Source: Parcubacteria group bacterium
GTDB taxonomy: Bacteria > Patescibacteriota > Minisyncoccia > Moranbacterales > UBA11712
DNA: 64,000 nucleotides
Direction: 5' to 3'
NCBI GenBank assembly: GCA_041659685.1
Contig: JBAZXV010000004.1
Span: 70,355 to 134,354, forward strand
The first letter of the stretch is position 1. Every line of letters begins with the position of its first letter. Shown one piece after another: positions 20,312 through 29,982 of the stretch. A model generated the notes under the pieces. The model saw nothing but the letters and a program-made list of their open reading frames with translations, did not search any database and was not told the origin of the DNA. A program made the position numbers and the translations under genes.

Positions 20312-20385
20312 TTTTTTAGGGTTATCTTAAGTATTTCCATTATACATTATTTTTTATTTTACTGAAAATATGTTAAAATATTTAC

Positions 20386-20826
20386 ATGTCCATCCAAAAA
20401 ATACTGCTTCAATACGAACCGGAACCGGAAAATCTTTTGAGGGCGATAAAAGACATAAACAAAGAGCAAAAATACATAAGCGAAAAAGATTGCCGGGAAA
20501 TTTCAAAATATTTTTCCCTCCCTTTGGCGCGGGTTTTCAGCCTTGCCAGCTTCTTTGACTTGATAAAGTTTCATCCGGAGCGAAAGAAAATAATAAAGGT
20601 CTGCTCTGGCGGTCCATGCGTCATGGAAAGATCTCTTGAAATTATCCGTCAGATCGAAATGCTTCTCAAAATCGAAGCGGAAAACGATGCTTCTCCAAAA
20701 GTGAAGCTGGAAATCATGAGCTGTCAGGGTCTCTGCGATCGCGGACCTATCATGATGATAGACGATCAGGTGTTTGAAAAAGTGAAGCCGGAAATGGTGG
20801 ACGATATCATACTTAATTATCTGTGA
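20386..20826 (+). CDS. hydC: [FeFe]-hydrogenase NuoE-like [2Fe-2S] subunit
   Basis: CSGGPC...CQGLC thioredoxin-like [2Fe-2S] motif; first gene of the hyd operon. Confidence 0.88.
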   Translation: MSIQKILLQYEPEPENLLRAIKDINKEQKYISEKDCREISKYFSLPLARVFSLASFFDLIKFHPERKKIIKVCSGGPCVMERSLEIIRQIEMLLKIEAENDASPKVKLEIMSCQGLCDRGPIMMIDDQVFEKVKPEMVDDIILNYL

Positions 20827-22088
20827 GCCAGATGCAAATAATCACAAAAAATTGGGACAAAATAGATCCGTTCAGGATTGAAGATTATATACAAGCCGGC
20901 GGCTATGCATCTCTCAGAAAGTCCATCCGGGAAATGGACCGGGAGGATGTTATTTTGCAAATAAAAGAATCGGGCCTGCGCGGCCGCGGCGGAGCCGGTT
21001 TTCCGACGGGAGAAAAATGGGAATACTCGGCAAAAACCAATTCGGATGCGAAATATATGATCTGCAATCTCGACGAATCGGAGCCGGGAGTTTATAAGGA
21101 CCGGATAATTGCAGAAAAGAATCCCCACCAAATTATCGAGGGACTCTTGATCGGAGCCTATGCAATCGGGGCGAAAAAAGCCTATATTTATCTGAATGGA
21201 CATTACAGGGAAGCGGCGGAAATATTGAAAATTGCTCTCGATCAGGCGCGCGATAAGGAATTTGTCGGAAAGGGAATAATGGGCAGCGCGGTCGACGTTG
21301 ATGTGGAAATATTCCAGGGTGCCGGAGCTTATATTTGCGGCGAAGAAACGGCGCTTATCAACACTATCGAAGGAAAAAGAGGGGAACCGAAACTCAAGCC
21401 TCCGTTTCCGCCCGTATGCGGACTTTTCGGTAAGCCGACGATTGTTAACAATGCGGAGACCTTGGCAAATGTTGCATATATAATCAAGCGAAGCGCGAAA
21501 ACATTTTCTCAAATCGGGCCGAATTCTTCTCCCGGGACAAAATTATTTCTGCTGGAAGGAGCGGTAAAAAACAAAGGAGTGGTGGAAGCGCCTCTTGGAA
21601 CAACCGCGGAAGAATTAATATTCAATTCCCTTTACGGAGGCGGAATGGTGAGCGGAAAGGAATTTTGGTTTGCGCAGATCGGCGGAGCTTCGGGACGCCT
21701 TATGCCGCGCGGAAAACTGGATCAGACGCTAACATATGGGAACTGCGAATATCCGATCGGAGCGGGTTCGATTTTGGTTGTGGATAAGATGGCGGATATT
21801 AAAGATTTTCTCTATTCCTGGGCTGGTTTTTTTCATCGGGAATCCTGCGGAAAATGCGTGCCTTGCCGCGAAGGAACATTCCGGCTTTGGGAAATAGCCA
21901 AAAGAATGAAAAACAACGATTTGCGCGAAAAAGACAGGGAAAACATCAAGGATATATTGTGGACGCTTTCCAATACGACTTTCTGTCCCCTGGGAAATTT
22001 TGCGGCGACGGCCTGGAGCGACGCAGTGAAGATGTTTGAGAAAGAAATATTTCCAAACACGAATAAAACGAATAATGACACGAATTGA
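20823..22088 (+). CDS. hydB: [FeFe]-hydrogenase NuoF-like NADH/FMN subunit (short form)
   Basis: SGLRGRGGAGFPTG, GAYICGEETAL, ESCGKCVPCREG, CPLG. Confidence 0.92.
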   Translation: MSQMQIITKNWDKIDPFRIEDYIQAGGYASLRKSIREMDREDVILQIKESGLRGRGGAGFPTGEKWEYSAKTNSDAKYMICNLDESEPGVYKDRIIAEKNPHQIIEGLLIGAYAIGAKKAYIYLNGHYREAAEILKIALDQARDKEFVGKGIMGSAVDVDVEIFQGAGAYICGEETALINTIEGKRGEPKLKPPFPPVCGLFGKPTIVNNAETLANVAYIIKRSAKTFSQIGPNSSPGTKLFLLEGAVKNKGVVEAPLGTTAEELIFNSLYGGGMVSGKEFWFAQIGGASGRLMPRGKLDQTLTYGNCEYPIGAGSILVVDKMADIKDFLYSWAGFFHRESCGKCVPCREGTFRLWEIAKRMKNNDLREKDRENIKDILWTLSNTTFCPLGNFAATAWSDAVKMFEKEIFPNTNKTNNDTN

Positions 22089-22141
22089 ACTAATGTTTTT
22101 TCGTTGTATTAGTGTTAATATTCGTTAAATTAGTGTTTATT

Positions 22142-23899
22142 ATGCAGATTAAAATCAACAATAAATCATATCCGGCTGACGAAGGGGAAACTATTCTTTC
22201 CGTCTGCAAGCGAAACGGAATTCGGATTCCGACTCTTTGCGCGCATCCGGATCTTCTCCCTTCCGAAGGCGTTTGCCGGATGTGCCTTGTGGAAACGAAT
22301 CAATCGAAGGGTCTGGTGCCGTCTTGCGCTCAAAAAGTTTGCGAAGGACTGGAAGTGCAGACGGAGACGGAAAACGTGAATAGAGCCAGAAAAATTAATC
22401 TGGAGCTTCTTTGGGCGGATCACGCGGGAAAGTGCGCTTCGTGCAAAAGAAACGGGCGTTGCGAGCTTCAAAACCTGGCTCAGATTTTCGATATTGAAGC
22501 TTTTAAGTTCACACCCCGAAGAAAAGAATTAAAAAGCAGGGATGAACTTGATTTACTGAAAGACAATTGGTCGCATGTGGCGGTTGATGAAAAAAATTCA
22601 TGCATTTCGCGCGATAGCGAGTATTGCATCGAATGCCGCCGGTGTATCCGGGTTTGCCGGGATATTCAAACGGTCGAGGCTTATGGATTCAATTACCGAA
22701 GCTCGCGGACAAATGTGGGAACGCCTCATGAAATTCCGCTCGACTGTATTTTTTGCGGGCAATGCAGCGCGGTTTGCCCCACGGCGGCGATAACCGAAAA
22801 AGATGAGACCGCCAAATTTGAAAAGGCGCTGGCTGATCCCGGAAAAATGGTGATAGTCCAAACCGCTCCGTCGGTGCGTTTCACTTTCTCAGAGGAGTTC
22901 GGGGAAAAGCCGGGAACGTTTTGGGAGGGAAAACTGGTTGCTTCTCTCAAGGAGCTTGGTTGCGACAAGGTCTTCGATACAGTTTTGGGAGCGGATCTTA
23001 CAATTATCGAAGAGGCAAACGAGCTTATCCGAAGAGTCAAAAAGGGAGGAAAGCTTCCGATGTTCACCAGCTGCTGTCCCTCCTGGGTCCTTTATGTCGA
23101 GAAATATTACCCGGAATTTATCCCTAATCTTTCGACCTGCAAATCTCCTCAGCAGATGCTCGCGCCTTTGATCAAGACCTACTATGCCAATAAAGAAAAA
23201 ATAAATCCGGAAAACATAGTTTCCGTTTCGATTATGCCATGCACGTCAAAAAAGTATGAAGCGGAGCGAAAAGAAATGAAGGCCAGCGGCTGTCAGGATG
23301 TCGATATTGTTCTCACGATACGGGAACTCGCCCGGTTAGTGAGAAAAAATAAAATAAATCCATCGAAACTCAAGGACAAAAAATTTGATCCGGCGCTCGG
23401 CATATCAACAGGAGCGGGAGTCATCTTTGGCGCCAGCGGGGGAGTGATGGAGGCGGCTCTTCGAACGGCGGTGGAAACCATATCCGGCGCGGAGCTAGCG
23501 AAGCTCGATTTTGAGGTCGTTCGAGGAGAAGAAGGAATCCGCTGCGCGGAAATCGAGATTGAAAATATGAAGCTTCGGGTGGCGGTGGCGCATGAGATCC
23601 GAAATGCGAAAAAAATTCTTGAGGATCTCAAGGCGGGAAAAGTTCACTATGATTTTATTGAAGTCATGGCCTGCCCGAACGGGTGCATAGGCGGCGGGGG
23701 CCAGCCAGTCCCGACATCCCCGGCGATTCGAAAAGCCCGCATAGAAAGCGTGATGTCCCGCGACAGAGGAATGCCGCTTCGAAAATCGCACGAAAATCCG
23801 TTAGTGAAAAAAATATACAAGGAATTTTTGGGAAAACCCGGAGGCGAAAAAGCGGAAGAAATGCTCCACACGAAATACATTAACCGAAAGAAAAAATAA
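22142..23899 (+). CDS. hydA: [FeFe]-hydrogenase group A catalytic subunit
   Basis: H-cluster motifs TSCCPSW, MPCTSKKYE, EVMACPNGCIGGGGQP; N-terminal [2Fe-2S], His-ligated and two [4Fe-4S] motifs. Confidence 0.96.
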   Translation: MQIKINNKSYPADEGETILSVCKRNGIRIPTLCAHPDLLPSEGVCRMCLVETNQSKGLVPSCAQKVCEGLEVQTETENVNRARKINLELLWADHAGKCASCKRNGRCELQNLAQIFDIEAFKFTPRRKELKSRDELDLLKDNWSHVAVDEKNSCISRDSEYCIECRRCIRVCRDIQTVEAYGFNYRSSRTNVGTPHEIPLDCIFCGQCSAVCPTAAITEKDETAKFEKALADPGKMVIVQTAPSVRFTFSEEFGEKPGTFWEGKLVASLKELGCDKVFDTVLGADLTIIEEANELIRRVKKGGKLPMFTSCCPSWVLYVEKYYPEFIPNLSTCKSPQQMLAPLIKTYYANKEKINPENIVSVSIMPCTSKKYEAERKEMKASGCQDVDIVLTIRELARLVRKNKINPSKLKDKKFDPALGISTGAGVIFGASGGVMEAALRTAVETISGAELAKLDFEVVRGEEGIRCAEIEIENMKLRVAVAHEIRNAKKILEDLKAGKVHYDFIEVMACPNGCIGGGGQPVPTSPAIRKARIESVMSRDRGMPLRKSHENPLVKKIYKEFLGKPGGEKAEEMLHTKYINRKKK

Positions 23900-24037
23900 T
23901 ATTACATCAACAATAATTATGCCATAGTCCGTCCTCAATAATGTTTCATCTTCAGGCAGGCATAATTATAGAACAGAGATTTTTTTGATATTCTCCAAAA
24001 TTGAAATAGAGCAGTCGGCCGCGCGGGGTCAACTGCT

Positions 24038-25738
24038 CTATTTTTGTTCGAATTCCCTCCTTCCCAGCTCTTCTTTTTGAAAGATTCGGAGTTTTTCCGC
24101 GGCTTCCGGCTGGATTTCGGTGTTCTCGAGGTAATGCAGAAACAACGCCTTTTCCAGGGTTACGATTGATTGGATATGCCCAGCTTCTTCAGGACAGGCC
24201 TCAGAATAGGGACAAATTTTCCCTTCCGGAGTCCGGACGAGAAAATGGGTGGCCGGCTTGATTCGGCCGCGAGTGTCCTCGATTGTGACAAAAAAGTTGC
24301 CATCCTTAATGATTTCGGCTTCTCTTTTTTTTGCAGCTTCGAGCGACGCAAAAGTTTCAGTAGTGATTCGGCCGAGGGCGTGAGAGGCATGAAAAGCAAA
24401 AGGAACGCCTGTGAATTTAGAAACGATCCCTTCCAGATCCCTATCCGTTATTTGATAAAGCAGGCTTCTGTTGATAAGTTTTTTGGCATAGAGATAGCTG
24501 AGAACGCATTTAGCCAGAATCGCTTCGAAAGAACGGGCGTAAGCGTTGAAATAGAAGTTTTTGCACATCAACGCGCGCCCATGCATTGCATCGCCCAATT
24601 TTTTTGGGTTAAGAAAGACAACTTCCTGGCCTACGATTTTAACCGAATCCCAAGCTGAATAGAGAGGTGGTTGAATACCGGATCTCCATTGGATTTCCCG
24701 ATAGTCTTCGGAGTAAATAAGCTTCATTCCCGTATCAAAACGGTTGAGGAAGATGCTTGTATCGCGGGATGAATAAGCTAATTTGTCCGCCACATCGAGA
24801 ATTTTCCCGCAGAGGCCCAAACCGCGGACGCTCTGAAAAATGATCTCCTCGATGAGGTTCAGCGACTCGCAAACCTTTTTCCATCCGGCTGAATACAACT
24901 TAATGTATTCGGGCAAATTTCTTTCCTCGCAAAAATAATCCGGGTCGATTATTTTTGTTCCGTCGCCCCCGGCCGGGGTGGCCAGATCATGAATGAGGGC
25001 GGCGACAGCGAGACTCTTGAAAAGCTTTTTTGGAAGAATGTGCCGGTTGTTATAGAGGATGAGGAGCATTATCACATATGTATCCATACTGTGAACAAAA
25101 CGCGTATGGATGAATCCTTGTGAGTAGGTCCGGCTCGGGTCCATTAAATTGGAAAGTTGCAGAATTCCCATAAGTCTTCTGAGATAAAGAACCTTGTCAA
25201 TAGCCGCGAAAAGTCCGTTATCGTTCAGTAGATAACTTATGCCGGTGAAGGGCAGGTTGGGAACAAGCCACGGCTGGTCAAAACGGTTTACCGCGCCTTT
25301 GGCCCGAAGATCTCCCCGGACGGCTTTGGGCATTTTTTTCATCCAGGCAGGCTCGTTAAGAGTTTTCAATCTTTTGTCCGAAAAGCCATCGTTATTAAGG
25401 CGAAAATATTCCCAATAGATTTCGCCAAGTCTCTCGAGAAACATCCGGAACAAGTTTCTTGCCGCGACTCTGATGTCCTCCTCATCCCATTCAAGCGACA
25501 GTTTATTTTGTTTAAACGCGCGAAAATGAGAGTCAAACTTGTCAATTGCCGGGATCAAAAAATGTAATTTTTCGATCTTCTCCGCCCAATATCTTAAGAA
25601 ATAGGGAAGATTGATGATGTCGGTAAACTTTTCATAACGGATTATCTGCTGAGGCATGAGCCACACGTCACCAATAGGGAGACAGCGGGTCATTTTAGTG
25701 AGATAATCGGCCGTAATCCACTCGGGATGATGCGGCAT
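24038..25738 (-). CDS. HD-superfamily phosphohydrolase (dNTPase/SAMHD1-like core) with N-terminal extension
   Basis: RL.GILQL, HTRFVHS, LIHDL, DVADKLAY; AAGGAG upstream of ATG 25738. Confidence 0.75.
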   Translation of the reverse strand: MPHHPEWITADYLTKMTRCLPIGDVWLMPQQIIRYEKFTDIINLPYFLRYWAEKIEKLHFLIPAIDKFDSHFRAFKQNKLSLEWDEEDIRVAARNLFRMFLERLGEIYWEYFRLNNDGFSDKRLKTLNEPAWMKKMPKAVRGDLRAKGAVNRFDQPWLVPNLPFTGISYLLNDNGLFAAIDKVLYLRRLMGILQLSNLMDPSRTYSQGFIHTRFVHSMDTYVIMLLILYNNRHILPKKLFKSLAVAALIHDLATPAGGDGTKIIDPDYFCEERNLPEYIKLYSAGWKKVCESLNLIEEIIFQSVRGLGLCGKILDVADKLAYSSRDTSIFLNRFDTGMKLIYSEDYREIQWRSGIQPPLYSAWDSVKIVGQEVVFLNPKKLGDAMHGRALMCKNFYFNAYARSFEAILAKCVLSYLYAKKLINRSLLYQITDRDLEGIVSKFTGVPFAFHASHALGRITTETFASLEAAKKREAEIIKDGNFFVTIEDTRGRIKPATHFLVRTPEGKICPYSEACPEEAGHIQSIVTLEKALFLHYLENTEIQPEAAEKLRIFQKEELGRREFEQK

Positions 25739-25889
25739 GATCCCGTCTCCTTTTCTGGGAATTTGGTTTGTGAATATTTTGCTGTCAAAGAGCAGCAATA
25801 ATCGATAATAGCGCAAAAATTCCCGTTTGTCCAGAAAAAAAGAAACTGCCAAGAGGCAGCCGGATTAAGCGATAAACATAATATTTTCG

Positions 25890-26819
25890 CTATAATTGCC
25901 CTTCAATAGCCGCTCGGACGATTCCCTGGGTAATATTGTTGTTGCTCGGAAGTTCGAAATGGAGACCTGTTTTTTCTGCGATGAGAAGGACGTTGGCAAG
26001 GCCGATAACAGCGGCCGAAGCAAAGCCGGGAAGAGCCGGGGAAAGCTTCAGACGCTCCGCCTCGGTCATTTTTCTGTTCATTTCGTAATATTTTCGGGTT
26101 ACCGAAAGGTCAACCCGGAACGGATGGGATTTTGAATAGCGGTAAGGCTTCATCGGAATTCCAATGGCCTTATAAAAATCAATGACAGCGCTTGATCCGT
26201 GAAGGTAGGGAACATTTGGAGAAAATTTCACATCAAGATCCGAGATTTCATCTTGGATTGCCTTTTCGATATTGAAAATATCCTCATCCGAAAAAGGGTC
26301 GCTGGTTTGAAAGTTCTCTTTTAGGCGGAAGACGCCGATCTGGAGAAGCTTATGTCCACGCAGATTGTTTTTTGTCCCGAACATGAATTGAATGGAACCG
26401 CCTCCGATATCGATGGCGGCGATTTCCATATTTTCAGGAAAATCGGCTGTGATTCCTTTCCAATAAAGTTCGGCCTCTCGCTTTTGCGAAATGACGACCG
26501 GAAGGATCCCGACAGCTTCGGATATTTTTTTGAGAACCGCCTCCTTGTTTTTGGCTTTGCGGAGAGCTTCAGTGGAAATAATATGAATTTCGCAGGCTCC
26601 GTGGTGTTTGGCTTTCGAGAGGAAATTTTTAAGTGCTTTGATATTCTTTTCCAAGGGTTCGTCCAAAATGGTTTCAGAAGCGTCCAGCATTCCTTTTCCC
26701 GGGCAAGGCTCGATCCTTTCCTGATGCAGGATTCGGAATTCGCCGCTGTCCGCCGTTTCAACAATGAGCGATTTCACGCTTCCGGTTCCAAGGTCGATTA
26801 TGGCGAATTTTTTGGGCAT
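25890..26819 (-). CDS. Ppx/GppA family phosphatase
   Basis: IDLGTGSVK, TEALRKAKN, VISQKREA, IDIGGGS. Confidence 0.82.
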   Translation of the reverse strand: MPKKFAIIDLGTGSVKSLIVETADSGEFRILHQERIEPCPGKGMLDASETILDEPLEKNIKALKNFLSKAKHHGACEIHIISTEALRKAKNKEAVLKKISEAVGILPVVISQKREAELYWKGITADFPENMEIAAIDIGGGSIQFMFGTKNNLRGHKLLQIGVFRLKENFQTSDPFSDEDIFNIEKAIQDEISDLDVKFSPNVPYLHGSSAVIDFYKAIGIPMKPYRYSKSHPFRVDLSVTRKYYEMNRKMTEAERLKLSPALPGFASAAVIGLANVLLIAEKTGLHFELPSNNNITQGIVRAAIEGQL

Positions 26820-27053
26820 TTTTTCATACTACAGATAATTTTTCGCAATCTATTTTATATTCAAATGTTAGCAGGAAAGAATGGGAAATTCAATGAATTT
26901 TTTTTGCAAGTGCTTTTCTTCAGCATAAAATGGGCGAATTGAGCTTCTGAATTACGTCGCCTAATATTTTTTGACAAGAGTATTTATTATGTTATGATAA
27001 TTAACCGCTCTTAGCGGAGTTGTTTAATTTCATTTCTTAGCACGGAGGAGGAT

Positions 27054-28298
27054 ATGTCGGACGTTGAAGAAGCAATTCAAAAAAGGTTGGATGATTTTCG
27101 TGTGTTAGCTAATCAGCTCTTCGACCTAACTAGGGGAGAGGCTTTTCACAAGGACGATATCCCCTGGCATGGACAGCTGAAGGTTGACAAAAAGGATGCT
27201 ACGCGTCTTTTAAAGACCCTTGCCGGAAACGTCCACGGTTTTCTGAAGCAACAGGGAGGGGAAAAACCCTGGGCATGGACTCTGGAGGCTAAAAAAATAA
27301 AAGAAAGGGGAAAAAGCTTTATTGATGAATGGCCGAAAAAACAGACGGTGGTCGAAGAGGCGGCGCCCGCAGCACCCGCCGGACCCGCCAGCGACCAGCC
27401 TGATGCAGCCGCAGATTCTCCGAGTCCGGAAGTAAAGCCGCAAGTGGATGGTCCCGTGGATTTAGTCGTTAGCGACCGCCTCGGTCCGATTGTCGGTCCT
27501 TTGAATCAACCGCCGGCACTGGATGATTTAGGCAAGCCGCTCCTGACGGCGCCGGAAACGGACCTCACAGCGAAAGCAGAGGCCGTGCCTGAGGCCATCG
27601 TATTCTCTGCGCCCACGCCGCTTCGGCCGCTGTTCTTGACTCCCGATGAAATACCGGTGTTTGAAATGCTGGAGGCAGCGCCTAACCTTCTGGGAATTGC
27701 CTGGTTTAATGAGATGGGTCTGGCGGGAGTGCGCCTTGACCTCTTTCTGGCCAAAATGCGCGATGTCGGCATCATGGCCAACGGGCCCGAAGGGAACGGC
27801 GAAGGGGAAAAAATAGTCTTCTCCAGCTTGGCTTACAGCCAGTATCAGGGGAACTATTTCAAGATCTCCACCTCGGTGGCCCTGGATAAGTTCAGGAACG
27901 ATCTTCAACAGCTGCTGGATGAGCAGGCAGTCCTGAAGGGGCAACTGAAGGATAAGGAAGCCGAAGCCAATCGGGCCACGGAAAAACTTAAGAGCATGAT
28001 TGGGGCTCTGGATGTTGCAAAGCTTGATGCCCGAGAAGCGCGGTGCAGGTTAGAAGAAGCTGAGACCTTGGAAAAGGAGGCTCTGGATCGGAAAAACGAT
28101 GCCGATCAGGAGCAGCAAATTGCAGAAGCGGCCCTGACTGCTATAGAAAAGGAGATAGCGGCGGCCGACCTGGAAAACCGCATTGCGGCATTCCAGGAGT
28201 TCGAGATGACGGCTGTGCAGTTGGATCAGCGCCACTCCGAGGCCTGCCATTATAGGTACTTAAACTATCTCATCAGCCCCGCGGGGAAGGAGGTCTGA
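27054..28298 (+). CDS. Hypothetical protein: Pro/Ala-rich linker plus C-terminal coiled coil
   Basis: 414 aa ORF, GGAGGAGG RBS, TTGACA/TATGAT promoter upstream, hairpin downstream. Confidence 0.75.
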   Translation: MSDVEEAIQKRLDDFRVLANQLFDLTRGEAFHKDDIPWHGQLKVDKKDATRLLKTLAGNVHGFLKQQGGEKPWAWTLEAKKIKERGKSFIDEWPKKQTVVEEAAPAAPAGPASDQPDAAADSPSPEVKPQVDGPVDLVVSDRLGPIVGPLNQPPALDDLGKPLLTAPETDLTAKAEAVPEAIVFSAPTPLRPLFLTPDEIPVFEMLEAAPNLLGIAWFNEMGLAGVRLDLFLAKMRDVGIMANGPEGNGEGEKIVFSSLAYSQYQGNYFKISTSVALDKFRNDLQQLLDEQAVLKGQLKDKEAEANRATEKLKSMIGALDVAKLDAREARCRLEEAETLEKEALDRKNDADQEQQIAEAALTAIEKEIAAADLENRIAAFQEFEMTAVQLDQRHSEACHYRYLNYLISPAGKEV

Positions 28299-28312
28299 TG
28301 ACCAAAGCCAAA

Positions 28313-28373
28313 GGGCCCTCGAGAGGAACTATTTCCGGACATTTCCGGAAAATATCTCTTGGGGGCCGCTTTT
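28313..28373 (+). terminator. Long hairpin terminator
   Basis: GGCCCTCGAGAGG...TCTCTTGGGGGCC followed by GCTTTT. Confidence 0.55.
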
Positions 28374-28447
28374 TATATCCGAATTGACGAAAACAATAAA
28401 AAAAGATATTTTTAATATAATAATATAATCATTTAATGTTAATATTT

Positions 28448-29884
28448 ATGGAAGATGCCAAAATTCTCAGAAATTTTCTTGAAATTCCCTATGATGAGCT
28501 TGAAAAAATGAACTTTGAAGCGGGAGAGAAGGCGAAAAAAATGAAACCGGAAGAACTGGAAAAAGAACATCGAAATTATCTTGAAAAAGAGAAAAGAATC
28601 AAAGCGGTAACGGTTTGCTTTTCGGATATCGAAGGGCGCTTTCACATGATTGATTACGATAAAAATTTTCTACTGCGTTCGGCGGAGAACCTTACTTTTG
28701 ACGGGTCTTCGATTCGGGGGTACAGCGCGCTTTCGGAATCAGACCTGCGCCTAAAGATTGACTGGCCAAGCTTTCGCTGGCTTCCGTCCGATGTCTTCGG
28801 TCCGGGAAAAATTATTTTATTTGCTTTTGTCCTGAACCGTGACCGGTCGCTTTATCCTTCCGACTTTCGCGGACGTCTCAAAGAATATGCCGAAGAACTC
28901 AATAAAAAGGAAGGCATCACCGCCTATGTTTCAGCCGAAGTGGAGGGATTCTTGGTTGACGGAAAGCAAGCCGAGCAGAAATACGCCGAAACGCATGAAT
29001 TCAAACTGATTTCAAGCGGAGGATATTATCATTCTCTTCCTCTCGGAAGGCTTCGAAGCTTCATTGATCAGGCGGCCGAGGCGCAAAGGGCGATGGGATT
29101 CCGAAATGAGAAAGATCACCCGGAAGTGGCGCCATCGCAGTTTGAACTCAACTTTACCTATGAAGATGCGCTCCGGGCTTGCGATATGATTCAGCTCTAT
29201 AAGCTTGTTTGCCGCCAAGTGGCGAATAATATGGGAATGACGGCAACATTTCTTCCCAAACCCACGACTCAAATCAACGGCAGCGGCATGCATCTTAATT
29301 TTTCTCTTTTCAAAGGCGGAAAAAATATCTTTTACGAAAAAAATGGAAAAGAAGGCGTCTCCCAAGCGGCCTGGGACATAATCCTCAGAATTTTGAATCA
29401 CGCGCCGGAACTTTGTCTTATTCTCAACTCAAGCGTAAATGCCTATCGCCGGCTTGATCCGAAATTCGAAGCGCCGAATCAAATCAAGGTGTCATCAATA
29501 GACAGGGGATCGATGATCCGCATTCCGGTCGGTGACGAAAAAAGCACTCGCCTCGAGATTAGGTCCGTGGCCCCGGACGCCAATCCCTATCTCACGATTT
29601 ATTCGCTTCTCAAAACCGCTTTTGAAGGGAAGAAGCTGAAAAAAGATTCGGGCAAGCGAGACCGGTTGCGATTCCTTCCCGGGACAATCAACGACGCAAT
29701 CAAAATTTTCAAAGCCAGTGATTTTGTCGGTGAGATTTTGGGGGAGGAAAACAAGGAAAAATATCTTTCGCCGAAACAGGAGGTGGCCGACCGCAGTCCT
29801 CGAGAACTTGGAAAAACAGTGAAAACTTCGGAAATAATATATCACCACGAAGTCACAAACCAGATTCTTTGGAATCAATTTTAG
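28448..29884 (+). CDS. glnA: Glutamine synthetase type I-like
   Basis: FDGSSI, ESD, HPEVAPSQFE, ATFLPKP, NGSGMH, NAYRRL, EAP, RIP, EIR..PDANPY. Confidence 0.9.
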   Translation: MEDAKILRNFLEIPYDELEKMNFEAGEKAKKMKPEELEKEHRNYLEKEKRIKAVTVCFSDIEGRFHMIDYDKNFLLRSAENLTFDGSSIRGYSALSESDLRLKIDWPSFRWLPSDVFGPGKIILFAFVLNRDRSLYPSDFRGRLKEYAEELNKKEGITAYVSAEVEGFLVDGKQAEQKYAETHEFKLISSGGYYHSLPLGRLRSFIDQAAEAQRAMGFRNEKDHPEVAPSQFELNFTYEDALRACDMIQLYKLVCRQVANNMGMTATFLPKPTTQINGSGMHLNFSLFKGGKNIFYEKNGKEGVSQAAWDIILRILNHAPELCLILNSSVNAYRRLDPKFEAPNQIKVSSIDRGSMIRIPVGDEKSTRLEIRSVAPDANPYLTIYSLLKTAFEGKKLKKDSGKRDRLRFLPGTINDAIKIFKASDFVGEILGEENKEKYLSPKQEVADRSPRELGKTVKTSEIIYHHEVTNQILWNQF

Positions 29885-29982
29885 TGTTTAGGCAAAATAA
29901 AAATCCCTTTTGAGGATCTAAGATATATATTTGGGGGAGGGGGGAGCGCCGAGATTCCGGGCCCCCCTTGCTTACCTTAATT

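Noticed and set aside
20386-22088. Respiratory complex I nuoE/nuoF
   Set aside because: Followed by an H-cluster hydA rather than nuoG-N; no membrane arm.
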